Below the pieces are notes generated by a model, which did not search any database, was not told the DNA's origin, and worked only from the letters and a program-made list of their open reading frames with translations. A stretch of 64,000 bases of DNA from Octopus vulgaris (lineage: Eukaryota): positions 106,392,001 to 106,456,000 of the forward strand of contig OX597814.1 in NCBI GenBank assembly GCA_951406725.2, in the 5' to 3' direction. Positions 14,677-27,640 of the stretch are shown one piece after another. How positions within the stretch are numbered: position 1 is the stretch's first letter; every line of letters starts with the position of its first letter. The position numbers and the translations under genes are program-made.

Positions 14677-15077
14677 GTATATATACATATATATACATAT
14701 ATATACATATATATACATACATATTGGTTGTTTTGTGTATATGTATGTATATCTGTGATGAGGATGTGCGTGTGTGTGTGGATTTATGTAGTTTGCTCGA
14801 TAACGACTGCCTTAGGTTTAAACAACAACAACCATATATCAGTCTTGGGTAATGGAAATATTTCATGCCCAGCCTTTTTAGTCGTAAGCCACAGCTAGCA
14901 ACGTCGTGTCTCATCGTCTGGTATGATCCCATCGAGTTGAACATAAAGCAGACCTAGAGCATATGCCTGTATAACACAGTTATTAGGTCGGTAACCTGTT
15001 TGTGGTGGATACACGCGTCCAAGCAGAGTAGGAGACAAATGGTACACGTAGAGAACACAACAGCAGCAACAATAGTG

Positions 15078-15435
15078 GAGGCGCAATGTCCCAATGGTTA
15101 GGGCAGAGGACTCGCGGTCGGAGGATCGCAGTTTCGATTCCCAGACCGGCCGGGCGTTGTGTGTGTTTAGTGAGCGAAAACACCTAAAGCTCCACGATGC
15201 TCCGGCAGGGGTGGTGGCGACCCCTGTTGTACTCTTTCGATCCAACTTTCTCTCACTCTTTCTTCCTGTTTCTTGTCCCCGACTTCCTACGCAACCGCTG
15301 AGCGTGGATGCGCATTCATCCATCCGTCGATGCTCTCGGTGTCGGGGGTTGACCTGCTTTCTCTTCTGCGGGTCTTACGAATAGCAAAGGGCCACGTTTC
15401 GAACCTCTCCCACTGGACGAAGACCGCTATGCTCA
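15078..15435 (+). mobile_element. tRNA-derived SINE (head type A)
   Basis: gaggcgcaatg..tggttagggcag..gtttcgattccc head; (CAA/CAG)n tail. Confidence 0.85.
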
Positions 15436-15792
15436 ACAGCAACAGCAACAACAATATCCACAACAACAACAAAACAGTATGGCGGCGACGCTCTGAAAAC
15501 ATTTAGTTTAACTGAATGAGTATTTAAGAGAAGAACCTGAGACAGATATAAGGGCCATATGTTTTCTCGCAGAGTAACTTGAAGTCCTTTCTGTTCTCAT
15601 GGTTCATCAAGTTTTAATCTTCAATTTCAATCACTGGAAAATTAACAGAACTTAAATTAACAATGATTTTTCTTTTTTTTAAACAGATTAATATCTTAAA
15701 GATCGGACATTATAACAAAACTTGACATTTCTCTTTGAAATAATTCGAAGATTAATATCAAATGTTCAAAAACATTCAACTGTAGTTTTTCA

Positions 15793-15834
<42 letters not shown>

Positions 15835-15968
15835 TCACTCTCAATCTATTTGTCTCTCTCTTCCATTCCCTCTCCTTCTCTATCTCTCCATTTCTTTTGG
15901 CTTCTCTATGTTCTCTTTCCCTCACTCGAACACACACACGCACACACACACACACAAGCATACACATG

Positions 15969-16013
<45 letters not shown>

Positions 16014-16569
16014 ACACACATCGTAGCCAGCAGACAACATACACAAACCTAAAACAAAAATACTAATTTCACGCACGTTTATTGCCATTTACAATTTATG
16101 TGAACGCCTTTTGATCGTAATAAAACATAAAGATAAAAAAAAACCTGACAAACCTGACACTATTACTCAATGGGAAACACACGTAAGGTTTCTGGAGATA
16201 AACATTTATTAATTTTGTATTCCTGACATTTTAACTTGTAATGTGAAATTGAAACGGTAATTGTCATTCACGCCGATCGAAGTGATTAAATATTGTAATG
16301 AACACCACTAATCACACCTCAGAAACAAGTTCCTTTGTCTAATTTATCTGTGTTTATATTAGAAAATATTTAATTTGCCCTCAACATATCGTCTAAGGTC
16401 CCCTTCACTAACAACCCCCTACCTTGATTTTTTTTATATAACCGTTTATGTGCATCTCGACAAATCTCACTAACACGTTTTTTTTTCTTCTTTTTAGTTT
16501 TTTTTTTTTTTTTGTAACGAGTTGTTGCATGTGTGAATAAGTCCTTGTAGAAAAATCACTACAAGAAAT

Positions 16570-16731
16570 ATCATCACCATCATCATCATCATCATCATCA
16601 TCATTATCATCATCATTGTCACCATCATCATCATCGTCATCATCGTCGTCGTCATCATCATCATCATCGTCGTCGTCGTCGTCGTCGTCATCACCATCAC
16701 CATCATCATCATTGTCATCATCGTCGTCATT

Positions 16732-16798
<67 letters not shown>

Positions 16799-16832
16799 CC
16801 ATCATCGTCGTCGTCGTCGTCATCATCATCAT
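16570..16832. repeat. (TCA/TCG)n trinucleotide microsatellite
   Basis: Direct inspection. Confidence 0.95.
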
Positions 16833-16989
16833 TAAAGCAACCGACGTTTCTGGTTTTGATAACTATCAATAAATAAGATATGAAAATTATACATCATTAA
16901 AGAAGCTTCGTGTGTCTTCTCTTTGTTTCAGACTAAATACATTCAGATTTATAGATTAGATAATGGCTCTAGTCCGAAAAACAATAGTA

Positions 16990-17460
16990 AATATCCACAA
17001 TGGAGGCGAGAGTAATACCGCTATAGCTAAAACAGCTTAAAATTAACCAACAACAGTCTGGAAAAGTGTCAAGAAATTTCAAGAGACTGGTTACACCACT
17101 GATCGACCTTTACGTAACCAAAAAAGAAGTGTATGGACCCCTGAGCTTATCAAAAGTACCAGAGAAGTGAGACGGCGAAATCCTCGCCGCTCTCTCAGAA
17201 AACTGGCTGCCACAGTAAAAATAAGCCGAACATACATGTATCGAGTGCTGAAGGAGGAACTCAGGACCTACATAAGGCCATAAAACTGGAGAGAAGTCGT
17301 CTTATCCTGGGTTAGATTGTTGAAGGAACGCTGCCCAACCTGATGTTCACGGATGAAAAGAAATTTGACATCAAACAGTAAACCACAAAAATCACCGATT
17401 TGGAGTATATCTGGATCCGTCGAGGTTTGACTCATAAATCGACGTCAAAACCTACATTCA
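16990..17460 (+). mobile_element. Tc1/mariner-superfamily (maT/DD37D-like) transposase remnant
   Basis: Frameshifted VWKSVKKFQETGYTTDRP, RRNPRRSLRKLA, LMFTDEKKFDI. Confidence 0.7.
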
Positions 17461-17574
17461 ATTATGGAGTTACCTTTGTTTTGGGATCACCACTACTATA
17501 TTATCTCCTCTTCTTCCTAGCTCTCCTGTGTGACCCCTCTGCCTGGCATTCGCCATGATAGATCGCTAGACACT

Positions 17575-17716
17575 ACACATTCTTTATTTTCTCTCCTTGC
17601 TTCTTTTTGTGTTCCTTTCTGTTGAAGAGCGTTGGTTCGAAGCGTTAAACTAATACATCTATTTGTTGTCTTCACCACCTGTCTTCGTCTTTTGTTGGTT
17701 TTTTTTTGTGAATTCT

Positions 17717-17718
<2 letters not shown>
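17575..17718 (+). mobile_element. Diverged solo fragment of the 36617 pLTR family
   Basis: ctgttgaagagcgttggttcgaagcgtta and ccacctgtcttcgtcttttgt match the pLTR reverse complement; ends at (TA)n. Confidence 0.75.
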
Positions 17719-17786
<68 letters not shown>

Positions 17787-17839
17787 TCGTTTTGCAAGAT
17801 TTCTGATGAGAAATCGTGGTGTTGAAACAGATATTGTAG

Positions 17840-18265
17840 TTTTTCGGGCTAGTCATTTTATTTATTATTATTGTTTTTTGCCAAATAAACATACGCACTA
17901 TATATTTCTTTTTTCTTTTCTTCATTCGTTCACAATTGTTATTTTATTATTTCGACACCTGCCCATCGCCCGGGAATCTTTCGTCACACTTGTGACCTCT
18001 TCAGCGACAATTCTCGTTTCCGTGTGTGTTCTTGCACCACTTACTTCATTTTCTTCTAAGAGGTGTATCCTCATGTGCGCATTCGTTTGTGTCCTTCGAA
18101 AAGTGTCACCGAAGAGGTCACAGATTTGTGACGAAAGACTTCCGGACAATGCACAGGTGTTGAAATAATAAAATAACAGTAATAAACAAGTGAAGAAAAA
18201 TATATAGTGTGTGTGTTTATTTGGCAAAAACAAAACAAATAAAATGACCATCCCGAAATACAATA
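17840..18265. mobile_element. Fold-back element between (TA)n tracts, with HHR cores at 17975-18004 (minus) and 18109-18141 (plus)
   Basis: Arms 17840-18018 / 18097-18265; CUGAAGA-G-GUCAC(AAGU)GUGAC-GAAA; stem III decayed. Confidence 0.75.
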
Positions 18266-18319
<54 letters not shown>

Positions 18320-18639
18320 GACATATATATAAATATAGATACATATAGTGTGTATGCGTGTGTTTATAAATATAATCCAGGTTACATATGTTTCCTAACT
18401 AGCAGAACTCAGAAGTAATAATTACTCAATGAGGAGTACTCCACTATCTACACTCATTAGACTGAAGATACCTTAGTTAACTTAAGGTTACACTGTCGTC
18501 AAAGTATCCCATGTTAACTCGCCGGAGAAGTAATTTAAAATGATTTTAATTTACATCTCCATAACACACAAATACATATTCACACTCATCCACACACACA
18601 CATGCATACACTCTAGCATACACAAAATCACAAGTAAAG

Positions 18640-18960
18640 TCAATCGCCACATTAAAGTGGCTGTTCCATGTTACTACTAGTTTAGCCCCAGGCAGATCTT
18701 CCGCCAGCTCAGTTTCGAGCTGGTTATACTATCTTCAGTCGCAAGCCACTGAAGATGAGCCAACCAGCTCGAAACTGAGTCAGTCACGTGACACTATTGT
18801 CTGCTGGAGGATGGAAGTGGTTCGCTCCCCTTGCTAGCAATATATACTGTATATAAAACGTGCAGCGTCGCACCGATAACCAGCTGGCGGAAATTCTGCC
18901 TGGGGTTAAACTAGCAGTAACATGGAACAGCCACTATGAAGTGACAATTAGCTTTATTTG
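18640..18960. mobile_element. Nested inverted-repeat element with an HHR at 18749-18785 (plus) and a partial mirror at 18707-18738
   Basis: Outer arms 18655-18709 / 18882-18936; CUGAAGA-U-GAGC(CAACCA)GCUC-GAA-ACUGA G UCAGU-C. Confidence 0.75.
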
Positions 18961-19068
18961 TTGCTATAGTTACTACTCTGATCTCTTCTTCTTGGGATTT
19001 TACAACTAGCTATATGTCTATATTTACGGAGATGTACTTGCATAGCAAGTGACTTGATCTCAGACAAA

Positions 19069-19363
19069 AACAATTGCAGTGTGGAAGTTGTTTGTAAGGC
19101 ATTCAAGAACACACAAAAACCGTTAGATTCACTTCAATATTAAAATTTCATTTGTGTCAAAATATTTTCGCCGCTTTGAAACAGCGACCTGTTCACTGAC
19201 AAGACGTCGTGCTGCATCTCGTGCAACGCAAAGTTTTGTCAGTGAACAGGTCGCAGTTTCAAAGCGACGAAAATATTTCGATAGAAATTAAATTTTGTAG
19301 TAAATCTAATGGTTTTTTGTGTGTTCTTAAATGGCTTACAAACATCTTCCAGGCTGCAATTGT

Positions 19364-19365
<2 letters not shown>
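19069..19365. mobile_element. Fold-back element with G3-C8 HHRs
   Basis: Arms 19069-19203 / 19235-19365; followed by (TA)n. Confidence 0.85.
19154..19201 (-). ncRNA. Hammerhead ribozyme, GUGAACA core (mirror copy at 19237-19283, plus strand)
   Basis: UGUCA-GUGAACA-G-GUCGCU(GUUUCAA)AGCGGC-GAA-AAUAUU-U/UGACA. Confidence 0.75.
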
Positions 19366-19415
<50 letters not shown>

Positions 19416-19421
<6 letters not shown>

Positions 19422-19685
19422 AGGAATGGCCTCTAGGTGGACCCCTAATATGCTAAATGTAGACCCCATATGGCCTGACCACTAAGAAAAAAATGTTCTC
19501 AAGAAAATTCGGCAAAACGCCAGAATGTAAAGCGAGCAAGACAAATGAAAAGATACAAAATATATACTAGGTTTCATTGTTACCATTTACATACGTAAAT
19601 GTCTGCAAATTGTCTTAGTGGTCAGGCCAAATGGCATCTACCATTAGCATATTAGGAGTCCACCTAGTGGTCATTCCCCTTATAT
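19416..19685. repeat. Small inverted-repeat element next to (TA)n
   Basis: Arms 19416-19487 / 19613-19685. Confidence 0.7.
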
Positions 19686-19694
19686 GTATGTAAT

Positions 19695-19792
19695 ATAATT
19701 TTCCGAATCATCAGATTTTTTCAATATGCTAGGCCACTGGTTTAAATTGATATGAATCAAATTAATATTAATTTTTCTACCCTTATTATTTA
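19695..19792 (-). repeat. Diverged fragment related to the start of the 505-bp array unit
   Basis: The reverse complement taagggtagaaa...atcaatttaaaccagtggcctagcatatt matches 61972-62020. Confidence 0.7.
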
Positions 19793-20977
19793 AATTTTAA
19801 ATATATATATCAACGTGGTTATAAACGAATAAAGTAAAACAGCAATAAGAACAAATTAATGTGTAACTGAAAGAAGTAAGAAGAAGCTAAATTAACGGCG
19901 TAGGGGAGAACTGATAGATGCAGGAAAAGGAAAGAGCCAAAGATTCCTTTCTATAATTGGCACAAGGCCTGAAATGTTAGGGGAGGGGTTAGTCGATTAT
20001 ATCGACCCCAGTGTTCGACTGGTACTTATTTTATTGATCCCGGAAGGATGAAAATCAAAGACAACGTCGGCGGTATTTGAATTCAGAACGTAAAGACTGG
20101 CGAGATACCGCTAAGAATTTTGCCCGGTATATTAACGATTCTGCCTTAAAGAGTCAAAGAATAATCAGAAATAAAGAGTCAGAAAAACCGAATGGGTGAG
20201 GGGCAGATATTTTGTGGGGATTCGGAAAGGAAATAGAGGACGAGGGTGAGGGCGAGAAAAAAGGAAAAAATAATAATTGCCCCTATGAAATAATCGAGAA
20301 AATACAAAAGGAATGAAGAGGAATAGAATATAATATTATGAAAGAATTAGAAGAAATTGAAAGCATTTGAGAGAAACGTGAAACGAAGAATGGATCACGA
20401 GAGAGAGAAAGGGAGAGAGAGAGAGAGAAAGGGAGAGAGAGAGAGAGAAAGGGAGAGAGAGAGAGAGAAATGGTGAGAGAGGGGAGAGAGGGGGGAGATG
20501 TGGTTGTGAATTAATATGATGGAAAGACTAAAATTCACCTTCTGTATTTTAAAACTTTATTCTACAATAGAAAGATGGAATCATATTTAATCATAGTTAT
20601 TGTATTTCCGAAACCATCCGATTCCTCACTTCTTTCTTTCTCCATTTATGTATTTATTTATTTTGTTGTTTAGTTATTTATATATTTATTTATTTAGTGG
20701 TGGATTCGTTTTTGACTTGGAGAATATCAGGATTAATTTTTCAAACTTGATCTGAATTTAATAAGAGAACTGGAATACGTTCGCAATTACCGTTATACTT
20801 CGTGATTTTCGTTCGCAATCGTTCCGTCCGCATAAATAAATAAATAAATAAATAATTATACACATGTTCTTATAACTGTATCAATCCAAGTAATTTTTAT
20901 TTTCCTGAGTCTAAAAGATAAAGGATAAAAATCAGTCTCTGTAGAGAATGAACTCAAAACTAAAGCATGAATCTAAA

Positions 20978-21297
20978 GCTGGCGCTCTGTCGGTTTCGAC
21001 GACGAGGGTTCCAGTTGATCCGGTCAACGGAACAGCTTGCTCATGAAATTAACGTGCAAGTGGCTGAGTACTCCATGGACTCATGTACCATTAACGTATT
21101 TCTCAGAGAGATTAAACATGATACTGTTGAGAAGGCTGGCCCTTTGAATTACGGGTACGATTCACTTTTGTGAGCTGATTGGACTGGAGCAACGTAAAAT
21201 GAAGTGTCTTGCTCAAGAACACAACGCACGGCCCGGTCCGTGAATCGAACTCATGATCAAGAGCTGAATGTCCTAACTACTAAACCACATACTTTCA
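20978..21297 (-). mobile_element. tRNA-derived SINE, B-like head with the tail of the 4921 copy
   Basis: Reverse complement has gttcgattc and tgttcttgagcaagacactt; tail gatcaactggaaccctcgtcgtcg is shared with 5218-5257. Confidence 0.75.
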
Positions 21298-22704
21298 CAA
21301 GAAGCATGAAAGTAATCGCTGGAATTCACTTAATCCTCCATCCAATATTCCTTTCACTTTAACGCCATTCTGTAAAAAAAAAACATTAAAAATAGTTAAT
21401 AGTAAACGAGAAAAAAGTGCTAAATCTCGTGTAAGTGAGGAGAAAGGATTTAAGGAGTACCAAATCTGTGTTTTACACTACAGTAGATAAGCCTTTGTTG
21501 TCTGGCTTCAGAATGTAAGCGGAGAATTTTGAAAATCTTGTTGCATTCCTGTTCAAAAGATCAGGCAAAAGCTAGTGAAATTGAAAATGCTATAGGTAGG
21601 CTGATTTAATTAAGAATATCTGTCGAGTAACAGGGCGGAAGTTTATTAATGTCTAACTTCAAAATACTTTCGATATACAATGGATAACAAAATTATGTGA
21701 ATCTTTCACTAAGTAATCTACAATCTATTATTACTACAAAGACATCTAAAAGACAAGAGATTTCGAAATGTAAAAAAAATATATAAATAAAAATATATAG
21801 AAATAGTAATAAAAATCCTTGAGAATGTAAAAAGATCAAATGAAAGAAATAACAATGGGCCGCATAAAAGAAGAAAGGTTTTAATTTTGTGTAAGAACAA
21901 AACTTTAGTGTGATTGTGAAGAGAGAGTTTTTGGTGGAGATATCGTTGAAGAGTGAGTATTTATTGTTCATTTTCTGTGTCATTTTAGAATTATCTCTAA
22001 CGCTTACAGGGAGAATATTTTAACTTTTTTTTTTAATTGCTATCAAAGTCTTTTGATGTTCCGTTCTCATTTGTTCATTTTCTAAAGAATTGTTATGAAT
22101 TTTACAGACTGGAAGTTTAATAATGTCGAAATTGTTTAAGATAAGAATTCAGTTTTTTTGCTGAAGGAGCCAACCATTATTACTGTTTTGAAACATTATC
22201 GCTTTAAAGAAAGCTTACTTTATCTATTGTTAGTGAGGAATATGGCGACGATTGCAGTCGACCGAATTGCTAGTAAGACGATCCGCTAGTTCAAGGTTCA
22301 ACTATTGTCAGAAGAAGTAAATCGTTTCAGAGACGGGAACTCTTGACTTCCAATGACTCCGTCCACCTAGCTCTCTGTAGCGCTACCGTGGGGACTTACT
22401 ACTTACGGTAACGGGCAATGGAAGGTTATACAGACATGCATTCAGTACAAAGACTTATGGTATAACAACGCCCTCTACCCACAACCCGTCACTACATAGG
22501 AGGAATACAATAAAACTCAAACCAAGTAAGGTCGCCCACCAACAACGAACGCAAACGTAATATTATGTTGACAAGAAACGAAACACACAAACACCAATGT
22601 TGTATAAGCTGTCACCAGCCGACCTGTTTGCCATTGGGATGGAAGTCAACTGAGTAAAATATGTTGAAAATCGAAAACATTTATGGACACATCGAGCAGG
22701 CCAC

Positions 22705-22732
22705 ATTTTAATATGGTGGAAAGCATTTAAAG

Positions 22733-22773
<41 letters not shown>

Positions 22774-22797
22774 AAAATATGGTGGAAAACATTAGGG

Positions 22798-22836
<39 letters not shown>

Positions 22837-22930
22837 CATTTTATTATGATGGGAAACGTTAGGGGAATATATATATATTTTAATATGGTGGAAAACATTA
22901 GGGGAAAATATATATATATATATATATATA
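22705..22930. repeat. Four ~28-bp units (aatatggtggaaaacattaggggaa) separated by (TA)n of variable length
   Basis: Units at ~22708, 22775, 22842, 22880. Confidence 0.8.
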
Positions 22931-23274
22931 ATAACTGTTTGGGTGGGATAAAAAAGAGAAATGTAGACAAACAACGACCGGGGAGTGTGTTTCTATATGC
23001 CTCTTCCGAAATATAATGAAATTGGTTTTAACATGCGGTTTCAAATGAAAATTGTAACAAAACAAATTCATAATCGAAGCATGAGATATTATTTACGATC
23101 CCAAGGGGAATGTTCTCAGTTTTACAGTTAAGAATAATAGATACGAAAGCAATGAAGGTGGTCAGACCAAACGAAAATCTTAAAGGAGTATTTCTAATAT
23201 TCAGTAAATGAATAGGTACTGACATGGCTGTATGGTAAGAAGTTTGCTTCCCATCTTCGTGGTTCTGGGTTTAA

Positions 23275-23425
23275 GAAAACATAAGAAAATTATGAGTTTG
23301 TTTTTAAATTTCAGATTACATGGACAGTATTTTACGTAGGATATGAGCAGTTCCCATGAGCACTCACTTTTGAATTTCTGCCACTTTGGGGTTTCCTAGT
23401 ATCTGAGCTACGTAGCAATCAACCC
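23275..23425 (-). mobile_element. 3' fragment of a second R4/Dong-type family
   Basis: Minus strand translates AQILGNPKVAEIQK*VLMGTAHILRKILSM*, homologous to the neighbour's KMIPGLPSLQEVQKIVLTGTSHVLRRALSL*. Confidence 0.75.
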
Positions 23426-23449
23426 CTTTATTATTATTATTATTATTAT

Positions 23450-24748
23450 GTTTTTTCCTTCTTTCTTCAAATTTTCTTCCGTTTCTCGCCGAGTGTTTTC
23501 CATACACATAGGGCAGAGAAGCTCATTGTATGCATTCCCAGATTACACGCGCAAATTCACAGATAAAATATGTATTTAAAAATTAATAAATCAATAAATT
23601 CATGGATGGATGTTGTATTCACAGCGATAATGCTCTTCTCAGTACATGAGATGTTCCAGTTAATACGATTTTTTGCACTTCCTGTAGGGATGGTAAGCCT
23701 GGAATCATTTTCAAATAAGTTTCAGTACCTTTTTTTATCATTCCTAGAGATCCTACAATCACTGGTACTGTAGTCGCCTTGAGATGCCACATTTTTTCAA
23801 TTTCTATTAGCAAGTCTTTATATTTACTAATCTTGTCAAAATTTTTCGCTGCTATATTGTGATCGCAAGGAATACTCATGTCAATTAATAAACACACCTT
23901 TTTTGTCTGATATTTTGTAATAATATCCGGCTTATTAGCTTATATAGTTTTGTCGGTATGTACGGGGAAGTCCCATAGAATCGACACATTTTCTCCCTCA
24001 GTCACAACTTCAGGATGGTGTTTATACCATTTGTCCGCGGTTTTGATTTTATAATGCCGACATATTGTCCAATGTAAATACTGTTCGACTCTGTCGCGTC
24101 TTGCTTTATTTTCTGCAGGTGTTAAGACTCTACACCTGAGATTAGGTGGTCTATTGTTTCAATCTCATCGTTACAGAATCGGCATTTTGGGTGAGCTCCA
24201 TTTTTTATCACATTGGCATGGTAGTTCCGGGTTGATAAGCTTTGGTCTTGAGCAGCTAATATGAAACCTTCACTCTCTGCTTTTAACCCTGAGCTTCGTA
24301 ACCATTGGTGCGTGTGTTTCTGGTCGACATCACCTTGTTTGCTACGGGCCACATACTTGCCATGGAGAGGTTTCTGTTCCCATCTGCTAGCTAATTTTTC
24401 ATGTGCTTTTGTCTTTGCAATTAATTTTATTTTCTTTGCAGCTGTAGTTGGCGCATTTCCTTCAGCATGATCAATCTGTGGGTATCTAAGAGATCAGCAG
24501 CGAATTTTTTGTTTTCTTTGAAAATAGAGTGGAGTTTTTTTCAGTCTTTCGTACTTTTCAACAAGTTTTAGCATCCAATCGTTGGTTGCTTCAAGGTATT
24601 TGGCCAGTCCGATTGTGATGGTTTTGTATGTAAGTTCAAGGTGGATCAAACCTCGCCTTCCTTGAGCTCTGGGAAGGTAAAGGCGATCCACGTCTGCCTT
24701 TGGATGGTGCATCTTATTATAAGTCAGTAGCTTGCGGATTTTTCTGTC
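23450..24748 (-). mobile_element. 5'-truncated R4/Dong-clade non-LTR retrotransposon (CCHC + restriction-like endonuclease), decayed
   Basis: HHPKADVDRLYLPR, WLRSSGLKAESEGFILAAQDQSLSTRNY, CRFC..ETIDHLISG, IDMSIP..KISKYKDL..VPVIVGSLG; flanked by (TTA)n on both sides. Confidence 0.9.
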
Positions 24749-24749
24749 A

Positions 24750-24945
<196 letters not shown>

Positions 24946-25379
24946 CTCTACCTCATTATTTCAATAATGCATTAATACAATAATTAGTTTTCATTTCTTA
25001 TCTAAAAATATTATAATTGACAAACTGTAAACGGTCAATTAGATTGCCAGCATCAGATAGCATTAAAAGCAGAACTGAATGTTATTTATGAGTCATCAAC
25101 ATTAAATAAGCCATCAGAAAGCGATGGCAACAAATGGCCACGCTTTTTGCTGCTTTCTATTGTTTTGTATATTTTTCGGGTTATTAGGAAATGTTCTGTT
25201 CTTCGTCCTGCCAACTGCGACATCTTGTATGGTAGTGGGGGGTAAAAGAACACAAACTCTCATATAAAAGATTTATATTGTATTTACATGCATAAATACA
25301 CAAACATACAGTCGCGAATATTATATATATGTATATGTATCTATCTATATATGTATATATATGTGTGTATATATGTATA

Positions 25380-25420
<41 letters not shown>

Positions 25421-25477
25421 TTGCACAGGCACACATATACACACGCACATACACGTGCGCGTCTGTGCTTGCAAATA

Positions 25478-25514
<37 letters not shown>

Positions 25515-26352
25515 CCTAAATACTTCCAAGCGGAGACTCACAATCACACACACACAATTAAACACACGGATGTAGAGACATATACAAAGACTTTTGCCTT
25601 ATCTTGAGAAAAGATTTATTAATTCTTGCAAGGAAAGGTTGCAGCTACTTTTTGTATTAATAGACTGATTAGTGAATACCTTACCCTTCGCCATTCCGAC
25701 CAGTTTTCCATTCTCGCCTTGAGTCTGGTATTAAATGATTTGGTGGTAAAAGCATTAACAGCAGACATATGTCAGTATACAATAAATATTTGTTTACTGT
25801 TGCGTAGGGTTGTGTGTGTATGTGTATGCATATACGTGTATGTGTCAGTGTAATTGTATTTGGATTGATGCTGTGTAGTTTGGTGGATGAATGTTGGAAT
25901 TGAATTATAGTCAGTGTGTGTGTTTTGTTGGCAGAATAACCTCCCAAGTCTAAATACATGCACACAAGCACACACTTATACGCATCTATATATATATATA
26001 CATCATTGTTCACACACACATGCGTGTGTGGGTGTGTGTGTGTGTGTAAAGAGAGAGGGAGAGAGAGCGGGGCGAAGTTGTTTCAGAATAACGAATGAAA
26101 TCTGGTGTTCATTAATTTTCAAAGCAACACTGAGTAAGTTATAACACTCAAGAACACTTCAGAAATTTCTTAGCAAATTAAATATTTTCATTAGGACTGT
26201 CGTAAATCTTTCTCGCTGATTGATTTTATGGCTTTATCATTAAATTACTAATGTAGTTCGACAATTATTACATGTTGCGAACGAGATGTGAGCATGGAAG
26301 GACAACACTCATAAATAAAGAGTGCGAATAATAAAAATACATTGCTCAACAG

Positions 26353-26500
26353 CAGTGGTTCCCAGCCTTTTCACTACCAAGGACCCCTTATTATTTAAAT
26401 GAGTTTTCCCACCGACCCCAGGATATTGAACGGTCTATCAGCTTAACAGGTTCACGGACCACCAGTACTACCTTTGCGGACCACAGGTTGGGAACCCCTG
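26353..26500. mobile_element. hAT/Charlie-type MITE
   Basis: TIRs cagtggttcccagcct / aggttgggaacccctg; degenerate 8-bp TSD ctcaacag / ttctatag. Confidence 0.75.
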
Positions 26501-27400
26501 TTCTATAGCAACAAGCCTATGTTTTGTTTTATTGCTGTGTTTCAGACCAACACCGGTCCTTGGCAGTCTTATAATTAAAAGTATTCGAACCGCGTCTATT
26601 ACGCAATTTTATAACCGACACAGTAATGTACCCCTGTGGTTTTTCTCTATACTTTGAAACAGAAAAGTATAATTCTGCTACAATTTCTACTGGCACGATC
26701 GTCAACCGAAATATGTCTTCCTGTATATTAGTACATATCTGATAAGCAATACTGTACCTTATTTTCAGGACTTGAACTTGTTTGTTTGGTATGACCAACA
26801 CCTCATACTTATAAGGAAAACTTCTTGATTCTAGCACAAACTACATGTTTTAGAATAATTTTGATATTCGCTTAGGTATGTGTTACGATGCTAATAACCT
26901 GGTGTTTCAACTCAATCCAAATCTTCTTCAGAACGAAACATCAGTCGAGTACGGAGTGTTAATAAGAAATTGGGATGATAAAATAAATAAATAATTAGGT
27001 TATGAACTTCATTAGCTTACTGCTGTTTTTGCCATAAGATGCAATGCACTCATGGCTGAGTGCTTGAGTATCACACTGTAGCCTCATCGGAGCTTCAAAC
27101 ATGAAATTCGTAACATAACTGTTTATTTCTTTTGTATTCCAATTTCTTGTTTAATCAATTTTTACGCACAAAAGTTTGAGCAACGAAATAACCGCTAGAT
27201 TGTTATAAACGATAAAATCTTTTTGTACAGTTGAGATAATTTTACATATATTTTAATAGAGCAAAATCAAAAAGGACACAAATAAATGCCTGGCGCTTAG
27301 TTTATTAAATTCAACAGTTATTTAACCCAAATGGTTAAGATATGTAACTAATATTTCGTTTTTGGATTTGGTTTGCAAGATTCTTTATATGAGTTCGTGT

Positions 27401-27640
27401 GTTAAGCATATTCTGTTGTGTATGGGGAAAGTCATTTTCTTTTTGTGCCTTATAATATAACACACTCACCGGTAAAATTTCCATTTATTTCTTATTTTTA
27501 TTTTCCTAAAATTTTCGTTGCGTCTTGCAACTTTTTCAATACTAAAAATAAGAAATATGTGGAAATTTTACTGCTGAGTGTGTTACATTATAAGGCATAA
27601 AAAGAAAATGACTCTCCCCAGACACAACAGAATATGTAAC
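27401..27640. mobile_element. Fold-back element with a central U3-A8 HHR
   Basis: Arms 27401-27500 / 27543-27640 are reverse complementary. Confidence 0.85.
27507..27541 (-). ncRNA. Hammerhead ribozyme, UUGAAAA core
   Basis: UA-UUGAAAA-A-GUUGC(AAGAC)GCAAC-GAA-AAUU-U/UA; stem I is truncated by the fold-back junction. Confidence 0.6.

Noticed and set aside
22705-22930. CRISPR-like repeat-spacer appearance
   Set aside because: The spacers are just (TA)n, the context is eukaryotic, and there are no cas genes.
23305-23340. Apparent micro-exon (tttcag...gtagg)
   Set aside because: It is the antisense of an R4-type LINE C-terminus.
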